From contig CAZEEV010000001.1 in assembly GCA_964511345.1 (NCBI GenBank), positions 8,089 through 72,088 on the forward strand: a DNA stretch of 64,000 nt. The letters run 5' to 3'. The position numbers were made by a program, and so were the translations under genes. The notes under the pieces were generated by a model. It worked only from the letters and a program-made list of their open reading frames with translations, did no database searches and was not told the origin of the DNA. Positions 54,043 to 62,615 of this stretch are shown one piece after another (the first letter of the stretch is position 1; each line of letters begins with the position of its first letter). The DNA is from an uncultured Pseudomonadales bacterium. Its GTDB lineage: Bacteria; Patescibacteriota; Microgenomatia; UBA1400; PJMF01.

Positions 54043-54083
54043 TATCCTATAACATTGACAAAAATGACTTATAATGATATACT
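54043..54083 (+). promoter_or_regulatory. Promoter with TATCCTATAA box: TATCCTATAA-CA-TTGACA-17nt-TATACT (TGn-extended)
   Basis: Box 54043-54052, -35 54055-54060, -10 54078-54083; 54038-54061 matches 53212-53235 at 23 of 24 positions. Confidence 0.88.
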
Positions 54084-54089
54084 TTGTGC

Positions 54090-54570
54090 TAGTTATTAGG
54101 GAATGGCTAATGACTGAAACACAAAATGAATTCCCTTCTAACCGATAGCTGTGAAGCTATCTTAAAAAAATGCACAGCATATTTCGCACCAGCTACTTTT
54201 TACCTTGCAAAAAGATAGGGTTCGAAATAACTTTTTAGCAGAGACAAGGTTTCTGGTTCTTGTTTATTTACCATTCCAAATAAACAAGGCGAAAACCAGA
54301 AGCCTGTTCTCTGCCCGAAAGGGTAGAAGGAGGAACTTTTGAAAGAGGGATTGCTTAAGTAGATTTGCTCTACGCCTAGCGATCATAATCAGACAAAAGT
54401 GCACCTTAACATTGGAGGAACAAAAGTCTTTGGCTTTTGGTCCAGCTTCTGTGAGAACCATTTTCATAATGGTTTTTAGAGGAGCTGGTCCACTGGCCGT
54501 AAGGCTGAATAGGACGAGACGCTAGTTGCTGGTGTTCAGCAACAATTCTTTTCTTTCAGGAGAAAATCTG
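54090..54570 (+). ncRNA. Large (about 480 nt) highly structured leader/ncRNA, class unknown
   Basis: At least 10 hairpins, including GATAGCT-GTGA-AGCTATC, a 77-nt stem 54238-54314, TCTGCCC-GAAA-GGGTAGA, stem 54442-54488, GGCC-GTAA-GGCT, and long-range CTAGCG/CGCTAG; GU pairs favour the + strand. Confidence 0.75.
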
Positions 54571-55227
54571 ATGCGTAATAAAGTAACCTTGCTCGTAATC
54601 GTACTTGTTTTGCTGAGTTTACTCAGCGCCTGTAGCGGTGTTCAAGCTCCAGTTGATGTAAATGCCACTTCTGTGGCATCCACGGTTCGAGCTCTGGTTC
54701 CGGCTACGCCGACACCAGATGTTGTTGCCGCTTCGGTGGCAGCTACAATTCAGGCTCTTACGCCGCAGGCGGAAGAGACTGAAGCACCAGCAGAACCTAC
54801 AACAGAAATAAGTTCTACCCCAACCTCAACCCCCACCGTTGTTTTAGCAGCTCTGCAATTGCAGACCGCGAATGACATGAGGGCATTCGGCAAAGTAATT
54901 GGCTGGGTGTCTGGTGGGATAAAAGGCGAATTCGTTCAAGGAGCTCAAGTTTCCCTGAACGAGGACTTTGTCCTCAAAATGCTGCCAACTGGTAGTATTT
55001 TTGAATTCGAATGTGTGCAATATCTATCCCTAGGAGGGAAGATATCTGCACACCCAGTTTGCGAAGGAGCCATGGTAAGGCTCGACACCAATTCGGTAGT
55101 ATCAAAGGGTTCCATCGGAACTCTTTGGTTAACGAATGCGGTGTTAGGAAGCGCAACTGAGAAATGGGAGGAAGGTTTTCTAAACCTTCCGTGTGAGTGC
55201 GCCGACGGCGATTGTCGCGACCAATAG
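54571..55227 (+). CDS. Orphan lipoprotein (218 aa) with Ala/Thr/Pro-rich stalk
   Basis: SD AGGAG at 54558-54562; MRNK + hydrophobic stretch + lipobox LSAC; Cys-rich C-terminus CECADGDC; G+C clearly above flanking genes. Confidence 0.75.
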   Translation: MRNKVTLLVIVLVLLSLLSACSGVQAPVDVNATSVASTVRALVPATPTPDVVAASVAATIQALTPQAEETEAPAEPTTEISSTPTSTPTVVLAALQLQTANDMRAFGKVIGWVSGGIKGEFVQGAQVSLNEDFVLKMLPTGSIFEFECVQYLSLGGKISAHPVCEGAMVRLDTNSVVSKGSIGTLWLTNAVLGSATEKWEEGFLNLPCECADGDCRDQ

Positions 55228-55291
55228 GTCGCGACATGGGTCGCCGTCCTCGTCCACCTCCAATTCCAGCCCGGCCGCAAGGTCGGGCTGG
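55204..55291 (+). other. Two GC-rich 3' hairpins closing the lipoprotein unit
   Basis: GACGGCGA-T-TGTCGCGACC-AATA-GGTCGCGACA-TGG-GTCGCCGTC spans the stop codon; CCAGCCCGGCC-GCAA-GGTCGGGCTGG has no adjacent U tract. Confidence 0.8.
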
Positions 55292-55349
55292 TAACCCAAA
55301 GTTTTTGATGATTTGAAGATTTTGAGTTGCCAGAAATTAATTTAAAAAT

Positions 55350-56711
55350 ATGCAAAAGTTAAATATTGAAGCCTTAATTCAAGACTTCAATAGAGCAGAT
55401 ACTATCTTGGTTATTTCTAAGTACCCTTATAAAAATATCGGGGAGTCTTTTCATGGTGTGGCCGTTTATACCAAAGATACTCTAGAGGCTATTTCTACCA
55501 AGACTCAACAAAAATTTGTGGTTTTAGTAGAGAAAAAATATAACCGCCAGGCTGAAATAAGAGCTAACGGTTCTATTTTAATTTTACCTATTTTTAATAA
55601 TCACCCAGCCTTGGTTTTTAAAGAACTTGCCGCTGTTATTGCGCAATTCGATCAAATTAAAAATATTCAATTGCATTCAGAATTTTACAATTCTGGTAAT
55701 TTAGTGCAAATGTCTTTGCTTTTGCCTTTTTTATATTTATTACGCTTACAAGGCAAAATTGTTAGTTTTGTGGCTCACAATGTGGTTCATGATTTTTCTT
55801 TTTTAACTAATCATTTGGGTAAAAAAGAAAATAATTGGAAACTTAATGTTTTAAGCAAACTTATTCCTTGGTATTACCGCTTTTTGTCTTTTGGTGTAGA
55901 GCAATTCATCACTTTAGATGAGAGTATTAGCAATCGCTTGGGTTCTTGCTTATGGCAAAAAAATAAAGTCAAAACTACTTCTATTTGGCTAAAAAATAAA
56001 ACAATCAGTACTAAAAAAACTCAAACTGTTCGTCAACAATTCGCTGTCAGCGAAAATGAAATTGTTCTATCTGTTTTTGGTTTTATGAGTCGCTATAAAG
56101 GAGTTGACGGTTTGCTGAAGAATTTCTTGCGTTTCAAAAAAGAATTTCCAAAAAGTAAATTTAAACTATTTTTAGCTGGTGGCATGGCTCCTTCACAAAA
56201 AAATCAAAAACATTATCAAGATTTTTATGCTGGATTAGAGCAATTAGCTAAAAAACATCAAGATATTACTTTGACTGGCTTTATTCCTAGTAGAGAGCTA
56301 GAAAATTATATGGCTCTTACCGATGTGGTTTTGTTGCCATACAAGGGTATTCTAGGCGCTTCAGCTTCTTGGGCAACTGTTTTAAGTTATAGCAAAGCTT
56401 GTTTTTTCTCTAGATCTTTAGCTCCATACTTTGATTCTCCAGATGTTCAAAAAACTTTAACAGAGCTTAATATGAGCAGTGAAGATTTAATTTTTGAAGA
56501 AGACTATCAGGCTTTTAAGAAATTACTTTTGAATTTGCAAAAAGACGACACTTTACTTGATCAAGCTACTCATTTCTCTAAACTTCTTAGTGTTTTTAGA
56601 GATGAAAAAGTCTGTATTTTCCGTGATTTTCCACCTTTATACTTTCCACGTGCTTGCACTAAAAGAGACCAAGCTTGTTATAATTATCATAATGAAAAAA
56701 TTGCTGCTTAA
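55350..56711 (+). CDS. Glycosyltransferase, GT4-like
   Basis: FVAHN, FGFMSRYKGVD, LFLAG, TGFIP, DVVLLPY. Confidence 0.82.
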   Translation: MQKLNIEALIQDFNRADTILVISKYPYKNIGESFHGVAVYTKDTLEAISTKTQQKFVVLVEKKYNRQAEIRANGSILILPIFNNHPALVFKELAAVIAQFDQIKNIQLHSEFYNSGNLVQMSLLLPFLYLLRLQGKIVSFVAHNVVHDFSFLTNHLGKKENNWKLNVLSKLIPWYYRFLSFGVEQFITLDESISNRLGSCLWQKNKVKTTSIWLKNKTISTKKTQTVRQQFAVSENEIVLSVFGFMSRYKGVDGLLKNFLRFKKEFPKSKFKLFLAGGMAPSQKNQKHYQDFYAGLEQLAKKHQDITLTGFIPSRELENYMALTDVVLLPYKGILGASASWATVLSYSKACFFSRSLAPYFDSPDVQKTLTELNMSSEDLIFEEDYQAFKKLLLNLQKDDTLLDQATHFSKLLSVFRDEKVCIFRDFPPLYFPRACTKRDQACYNYHNEKIAA

Positions 56712-59700
56712 GTTTTGGGCGCTTTGTTTATTGTTTTTATTAGCTTTAGTTTTGATTTTTGCCAATTTTTCTTCAGGTACTTTTTTGAGTGGTTGGGATA
56801 ATTTACACCCTGAATTTAATCCGCTAATGAATTTGCAAAGAGCTTGGCAATCTGCTTGGCAAGAATATCAGGGTTTAGGTTTGCTAGCTGGTATGGCTCA
56901 CAGTGCTGATTTATTTCGCCAATTAATTTTTCTGCCTCTAACTTTACTATTGCCAGCCGAATTATTTAGATATATCTGGCATTTTTTAATGATTTTAACT
57001 GGGGTGATTGGCAGTTTTTATTTATTTAAATTTCTACTTAAGAAACAAAACTCTCAAAATTTATTAGCTTTTTTAGGAGCTAGTTTTTATTTATTAAACT
57101 TTGGCACTGTGCAAAACTTCTATGTATCTTTTGAGCCATTTGCTGCTTTTTATGCTTTCTTACCTTTATTGTTATTGTTTTTACTTAAAGTTCTTTACGA
57201 AAAAAATTTAAAGAAGAATTTAGTCATCTTTTTTATCTTGTCTGTTTTATCTAGTTCAATGTTTTATGTGCAGACTATTTTTGTCGTTTATTTTGCTTTA
57301 GTTTTTTTATTACTTTTCTTTTATTTCTTGCAAAATAAGCACAAATGGAAAAAGGCTTTGTCCTTATTTGCAATGATTTTGCTAGTCAATTCTTTTTGGT
57401 TACTAAATGTTGTGTACTTCACAATTAATGGATCAGAGCTTTTAGCAGACAGTAAGGGTAAAGCCATGTCTAATGACGTTCTAAGTCTCAAAAACCAGGC
57501 TTTTGGTGATTTTGCTCATCTTGTTAAGCTGCAAGGTTTTTGGCTCGGAGAAACTGACTTTGATCAGTTTGGTAATGCCGTCTATCTTTTTGATGCTTGG
57601 AAAACTCATTTTAGTTATTTATCAGTTAATGTTTTGGCTTTTATTTTTTTCGCTTTAGTATTATTGGGTATTTGGCAGCTTTTCAGAAAAAAAGTTAAGC
57701 ATCGTCTTTTTATTTTTGGAGGATTTTTGCTTTCTCTATGGATGATGGCGCTCAATGTCTTTCCTTTTAGTATCTTGACTAAGCTTGTTGAAAGAATTTT
57801 TTCTTTATTTGATGAAATGTTTCGCATCAACTTCACCAAATGGATTGTGCCATACAGTTTATTTTATAGTTTGCTATTAACTTTTGGTTTAGCTTTTGCC
57901 TTTTCTTTACTCAAGAAAAAAATCTTCAAGCTAGTTTCTGCTCCAATCTTTTTTATCGCTCTCATTTTTTATTCACTGCCTTCTTTTCAGGGTCATTTTT
58001 TTTACGAACGTTTACGTGTAAAGATTCCTGAAGCCTATTTTGAGCTTTTTACCTATTTTAAGCATGAAGCTCCAGCTAGTAGTCGCATTGCTAATTTACC
58101 TCAGCACACTTTTTATAGTTGGCAGTGGAATGATTGGGGCTATCGTGGCTCTGGTTTTTTGTGGTATGGCATTAAACAACCTATTTTAGATCGGGCCTTT
58201 GACGTATGGAGTGAAGCTGATGAGCGTTATTATTGGCAATTGCAGACAGCTTTAGATAAAAAAGACGTGAAAATGTTAGAGGATATTTTCAGTCAATACG
58301 ATGTCGATTATTTATTATTAGATACTTCAATTGTTAATCGTAACACGGTTAAGCCTTTTGACTACCAAGCGCTCAAAGAACTATTAGCAAGCTCTAGCCG
58401 TCTAAATTTAATTAAGGAGTTTGACTTTTTAAGTCTTTATAGCTTTGCTGATTTTGAAAATAGTCGTGAAAAAGACTTCGTTACTTTATATGATCATTTA
58501 CCTATAATCAGTAATTCTTATAAACATAGCTGGAGTGACCAGGCTTTTACTGATTTTCACGATTATTTGAACATTGATAAAAAACCAGCAGAAAATGCGG
58601 AAATTATTTACCCCTTTGCTTCTTTGTTTACCAATCACACACAGAAAGACTTGGAATTTGACTTAAGCGAAGAAGAACAATTTTTTTATCTACAGAGTTT
58701 GCAAACTTTACCAGTGGAAAATCTTACTTTAAATTTTCAAGATTGGCTGTCTAGTGAGAATTTCTTACCCTTTCAAATGACTTGGAGCAGTGATGCTAAA
58801 CAAACCAAATTAGTTTTTAAAACGCTTTTGCCAGAGATTTATTATCAAAAACAAAAAATCACTTTTCCTTTAAATAAAGAAATTACCTTGAATAGTTATC
58901 TCTGCAGACAAAACAATGATTGTTTGATTAACATTAATCAACAGTTTTTGTTGAATTTTAGTCAAGCAGGTGAGGCGATAGTTTTATTGTCTACTAAGCA
59001 ACGTAATACTATTGCTCTGAGTAATAGTAAAAAAATTGAATACTTTGATTATGCTTTTTTTGATTTAAGTTTTTTTGATTTTGAAGTTAAAGAATTTACT
59101 TTAGAAGAAACCAATGATTTTGTGGCTAAAATCCCCAAGGTTTTAATACAAGCTGATATTTTGAAAACTGATCTCAACTTAAATGAAGCTCAAAACTGTC
59201 GTCCACTATCTGGTGGCAGTTATTTCAAAGAAAAAAGAGTAGATGGCAACTATTATCAAGCAACGAGCGCTAGTGTTTGCGACTATTTTTATTTGGAGCA
59301 ACTCAAACATAATCTGGCTTATTTATTTAAATTGGATGCACAAAATCTCAGTTCTTTACCTTTTGTTTCTGCTATCCAATCTGCCAGTTTTGGTCGTAGC
59401 CCCATCGAAACTTATTTAGGTCAAGGAGTAAATTATCAAATCATACCGCCAACAGAAAATTTTAATCAGGGTTACACCCTTTATTTATCCACTGATTCTT
59501 ACGGTCAAGAAATTAATCGCAACGTACTCAAATCAGCCGAAGTTTTCTATTGGCCTTACCAATTTTTAATGAGCTTAAATTTACAGCAAAAAGATCAAGT
59601 TGTGCAAACTGCCAAACTTGCTGATTGCGACCCAGAGGTTTATAAAAAAGCCCTCTGGCTCTACCAAGTGCAATTGCCTACAAATTGTCAGGCAAAATAT

Positions 59701-59922
59701 TTGAAATTATCTCAAGCTTATGATTCTGGTTGGCTAGCACTACAAAATGGGCGGCTATTAGAGCACCAAAAAATTAATAATTGGAGTAATACTTGGGTTT
59801 TGAGTGGGTTGGAGAACCAGCCAATCTATATCTTTTTTTATCCACAATGGTTAGAGTATTCAGGATTATCCAGTTTATTAATTACAATCTTGACGATTTT
59901 AGTACATAGAAAAGCACGGTGA
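56692..59922 (+). CDS. Large polytopic membrane protein (GT-C/YfhO-like) with extracellular domain
   Basis: About 12 N-terminal TMs with GWD loop, LSQAYDSGW, INNWSNTW, C-terminal TM. Confidence 0.65.
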   Translation: MKKLLLKFWALCLLFLLALVLIFANFSSGTFLSGWDNLHPEFNPLMNLQRAWQSAWQEYQGLGLLAGMAHSADLFRQLIFLPLTLLLPAELFRYIWHFLMILTGVIGSFYLFKFLLKKQNSQNLLAFLGASFYLLNFGTVQNFYVSFEPFAAFYAFLPLLLLFLLKVLYEKNLKKNLVIFFILSVLSSSMFYVQTIFVVYFALVFLLLFFYFLQNKHKWKKALSLFAMILLVNSFWLLNVVYFTINGSELLADSKGKAMSNDVLSLKNQAFGDFAHLVKLQGFWLGETDFDQFGNAVYLFDAWKTHFSYLSVNVLAFIFFALVLLGIWQLFRKKVKHRLFIFGGFLLSLWMMALNVFPFSILTKLVERIFSLFDEMFRINFTKWIVPYSLFYSLLLTFGLAFAFSLLKKKIFKLVSAPIFFIALIFYSLPSFQGHFFYERLRVKIPEAYFELFTYFKHEAPASSRIANLPQHTFYSWQWNDWGYRGSGFLWYGIKQPILDRAFDVWSEADERYYWQLQTALDKKDVKMLEDIFSQYDVDYLLLDTSIVNRNTVKPFDYQALKELLASSSRLNLIKEFDFLSLYSFADFENSREKDFVTLYDHLPIISNSYKHSWSDQAFTDFHDYLNIDKKPAENAEIIYPFASLFTNHTQKDLEFDLSEEEQFFYLQSLQTLPVENLTLNFQDWLSSENFLPFQMTWSSDAKQTKLVFKTLLPEIYYQKQKITFPLNKEITLNSYLCRQNNDCLININQQFLLNFSQAGEAIVLLSTKQRNTIALSNSKKIEYFDYAFFDLSFFDFEVKEFTLEETNDFVAKIPKVLIQADILKTDLNLNEAQNCRPLSGGSYFKEKRVDGNYYQATSASVCDYFYLEQLKHNLAYLFKLDAQNLSSLPFVSAIQSASFGRSPIETYLGQGVNYQIIPPTENFNQGYTLYLSTDSYGQEINRNVLKSAEVFYWPYQFLMSLNLQQKDQVVQTAKLADCDPEVYKKALWLYQVQLPTNCQAKYLKLSQAYDSGWLALQNGRLLEHQKINNWSNTWVLSGLENQPIYIFFYPQWLEYSGLSSLLITILTILVHRKAR

Positions 59923-60413
59923 TGATATCACAAGAGCATGAGCTACTAGCAAGTCAGCAAAAAGAGCGAGAAATTAAATCAACGCGTGCTTTCTGTTATA
60001 TTGATCCACAATTGTCTAAAGGTAACTCCTTAAAACTTGGCGACTTACTAGGCAAAGGTTTCGATTTACAAATAAGCTACCTCGATGGTCGATTAAACCA
60101 AAGAACATTTCTAAATAAAAATTTGTTATTTAATGCAAGTGACATATTCATCTTTTTTTTAAGAGTAGCTCATGTAGAAGAAATTAATGAATTGTATGGA
60201 AAATGGAGAGACATAAAAAAGAAAAACGCCAAAGCCTTTTTTATAATTTTTGATCATGCAAGGTTTTCTTTTTCCGGTGAAGATAATGATCCATCTATAT
60301 CAAGATTTTTAACGATGAAAGCCGATTCTAATACAAGAATTTTACTTGCTCAAAATAATCATTTTAATACTACTACGTTTGTTTACGATCTCAAGCAATT
60401 ACTTTCTCTTTAG
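59919..60413 (+). CDS. Hypothetical protein
   Basis: 164-aa ORF overlapping the previous stop. Confidence 0.55.
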   Translation: MMISQEHELLASQQKEREIKSTRAFCYIDPQLSKGNSLKLGDLLGKGFDLQISYLDGRLNQRTFLNKNLLFNASDIFIFFLRVAHVEEINELYGKWRDIKKKNAKAFFIIFDHARFSFSGEDNDPSISRFLTMKADSNTRILLAQNNHFNTTTFVYDLKQLLSL

Positions 60414-60465
60414 GCTTGCTTTTTCTCTTAAAAAGTGCGATAAAGCACTTAAATAATTTTTTGTT

Positions 60466-62277
60466 ATGTCACAGATCAAAGAGATTAAAGATGCGACTAA
60501 TATAGTCGAGATTATCGCAGAAAAAATCAAGCTAGAGAATTCAGGAGTGAATTTTAAAGCTTGTTGTCCTTTTCACAATGAAAAGACGCCCTCATTTTTT
60601 GTTAATCCAGGTTTGCAACGCTATCGTTGTTTTGGCTGCGGAGCTAATGGTGATGTTTTAGATTTCTTGCAAAACTTTGAAGGAGTGACTTTTTATGAAG
60701 CGCTGAAAACTCTTGCCGATCGATCAGGCATCACTTTGAAAGAATTTCAAAAAAGCCAAGAAGATGAAGAACGGGAAAAGCTTTTAGAAATCATGAGTTT
60801 TGCCAAAGAGTATTATCATTATTTACTGACTCAGCATGAAGTTGGTCAAGTGGGCAGAGATTACTTAAAAAATCGAGGTACCACTAATGAATCGATTAAA
60901 ATTTTTCAGCTGGGTTTTGCTACCAATGCTTGGGATTCTTTGCTTAAATACTTACATCATAAGAAGAAGTTTCCACTTAATTTAATAGAAAAAACCGGCC
61001 TAATCATTAAGGGTAAAAGTGGAAATTATTACGATCGTTTTCGTGAGCGCCTGATTTTTCCTCTCAAAAATCATCGTGGACAAGTAGTTGGTTTTTCTGG
61101 TCGTTTGTTAAGTCAGTCGCCTAAAGAAGCCAAATATATCAATTCTCCAGAGACAATGCTTTATCATAAATCACAAATGCTTTATGGATATAGCGAACTT
61201 TTTAGAGAAATTAAAAAGAAAGAACAAGTAGTAGTGGTGGAAGGTGAGTTTGATATGATTTCTTCCACTCAAGCTCATGTAAACCATGTAGTGGCAATTA
61301 AGGGTTCAGCTCTAACTAGTGAACAAGTTAATTTGCTCTCCAGAGTGGCAAAAACCATTGTTCTTTCTCTTGATGCTGATGAGGCTGGGGTAAAGGCGAC
61401 AGAGCGCGCTATTGAAATTGTCAAAGCCAAAGCTATTGATTTAAGAGTGATTGATTTAAAACATCTAGATTTTTTGTCAGCAGAAGATCAAGTCAAAGAT
61501 CCTGACGAATTAGCCAGAGCAAAGCCCAAGCTGTGGCGTCAGGCGGTAGAAAGCGCCGTGTCTGTCTATGAATTTTTATTTAATCATGCTTTAGATCTTT
61601 ATGATTCACAAAGCGCTGATGGTAAAAGGAAAATCATCAATCGTCTTGCTCCAATTCTTGAAACCATTGATCATTTAGTTGAAAAAGAGTTTTATATTCA
61701 AAAATTGTCTGCCATATTGAACGTCAAAGAATCTCTTCTCAAAGCAGATTTGAAAAAATTTGGCCAGAAAAAAACTGATTTACCAGTCGTTCAATCAACT
61801 GAAGTTCCAATTAGTACTGTTAAAAGCTACCAAGAGCGCAATGAAGAATATTTATTCTTTTTACTGTTTAATTTTTCTAGTGACCTGGTCAAAGAAAAAG
61901 CCCAGGCTTTAAGTGATTTTGTTTTTCTAAGTGCTGGTTTCAAAACCATTATTGAAAAATTATTACTTTTCAAAGGCCCTTTTGATTTGCAAAGATTTGC
62001 CAATTTTTTAGCTGAGGATTTGAAGAAAGTGCTAATGGATGTTTTACTCAGTCCAGAGAATGAAAAAAATTTGCAAGCAGATGATTTAGAAAAGGAGTGG
62101 CAGATAATTTTATCCAAAGTTAAAAAAGAATCATTGCGTCAGGAAATTATGCTAATCAATGAAGAAATTGGCCGTTTAGATAGTAGCCTGAAGAGAACAG
62201 AGGCAGAAGAAAAAAAACTTGATCAACTCTTATCTTTGATTATTCAAAAACAAGCAGCAGTTAAAAAACTCGACTAA
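60466..62277 (+). CDS. dnaG: DNA primase
   Basis: CPFHNEKTPSF, CFGC, DRFRERLIFP, KYINSPET, VEGEFD, DADEAG, KDPDE. Confidence 0.98.
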   Translation: MSQIKEIKDATNIVEIIAEKIKLENSGVNFKACCPFHNEKTPSFFVNPGLQRYRCFGCGANGDVLDFLQNFEGVTFYEALKTLADRSGITLKEFQKSQEDEEREKLLEIMSFAKEYYHYLLTQHEVGQVGRDYLKNRGTTNESIKIFQLGFATNAWDSLLKYLHHKKKFPLNLIEKTGLIIKGKSGNYYDRFRERLIFPLKNHRGQVVGFSGRLLSQSPKEAKYINSPETMLYHKSQMLYGYSELFREIKKKEQVVVVEGEFDMISSTQAHVNHVVAIKGSALTSEQVNLLSRVAKTIVLSLDADEAGVKATERAIEIVKAKAIDLRVIDLKHLDFLSAEDQVKDPDELARAKPKLWRQAVESAVSVYEFLFNHALDLYDSQSADGKRKIINRLAPILETIDHLVEKEFYIQKLSAILNVKESLLKADLKKFGQKKTDLPVVQSTEVPISTVKSYQERNEEYLFFLLFNFSSDLVKEKAQALSDFVFLSAGFKTIIEKLLLFKGPFDLQRFANFLAEDLKKVLMDVLLSPENEKNLQADDLEKEWQIILSKVKKESLRQEIMLINEEIGRLDSSLKRTEAEEKKLDQLLSLIIQKQAAVKKLD

Positions 62278-62314
62278 AAATTTCTATTGCACTCAACAAA
62301 TTTGCCTCTTGTCA

Positions 62315-62335
62315 ATATACCCCCCACCGGTATAT
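62315..62335. promoter_or_regulatory. CsoR/RcnR-type operator ATATACC-CCCCACC-GGTATAT overlapping the promoter
   Basis: 7-7-7 inverted repeat with a C tract, between TTGTCA (62309-62314) and TATCAT (62333-62338). Confidence 0.85.
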
Positions 62336-62344
62336 CATAAAAGC

Positions 62345-62590
62345 ATGAATCAAGCTAAAAAAGATACTATAGCTGTCTCACTCAAACGAATCAGTGGACA
62401 AATTGATGGTGTTGCCAAAATGTATGAGGAGCAAAGACCTTGCGTTGAAATTGCTCGCCAGTTAGCCGCTGCACGCAATTCTATTTCTAGAGTAGCGCGC
62501 GACATTTTAACTAGTGAAGCTAGTACTTGTTCCAAAGACAATAATTGCAGACAATTAGATCTAGTTCTTAAAGAGCTTTTACGTTATTAA
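62345..62590 (+). CDS. CsoR/RcnR family repressor
   Basis: LKRISGQIDGVAKM, RPCVEIARQLAAAR, SEASTC; leaderless start MNQAKK. Confidence 0.9.
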   Translation: MNQAKKDTIAVSLKRISGQIDGVAKMYEEQRPCVEIARQLAAARNSISRVARDILTSEASTCSKDNNCRQLDLVLKELLRY

Positions 62591-62615
62591 TTAATACTTA
62601 ATTTAGAAAGGTAGT

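Noticed and set aside
54264-54467. 67-aa minus-strand ORF and the TTG-extended start at 54526
   Set aside because: No initiation signals and they overlap the structured leader; SD plus signal peptide support ATG 54571
54090-54570. Leader as RNase P RNA, tmRNA, cobalamin riboswitch or self-splicing intron
   Set aside because: No GAGGAAAGTCC or ACAGAA-x-CGGCTTA, no tRNA-like ends, only isolated AGGGAA and CCACTG without a B12 box, no group II domain V or group I P7 motif seen by eye; still needs a cmscan
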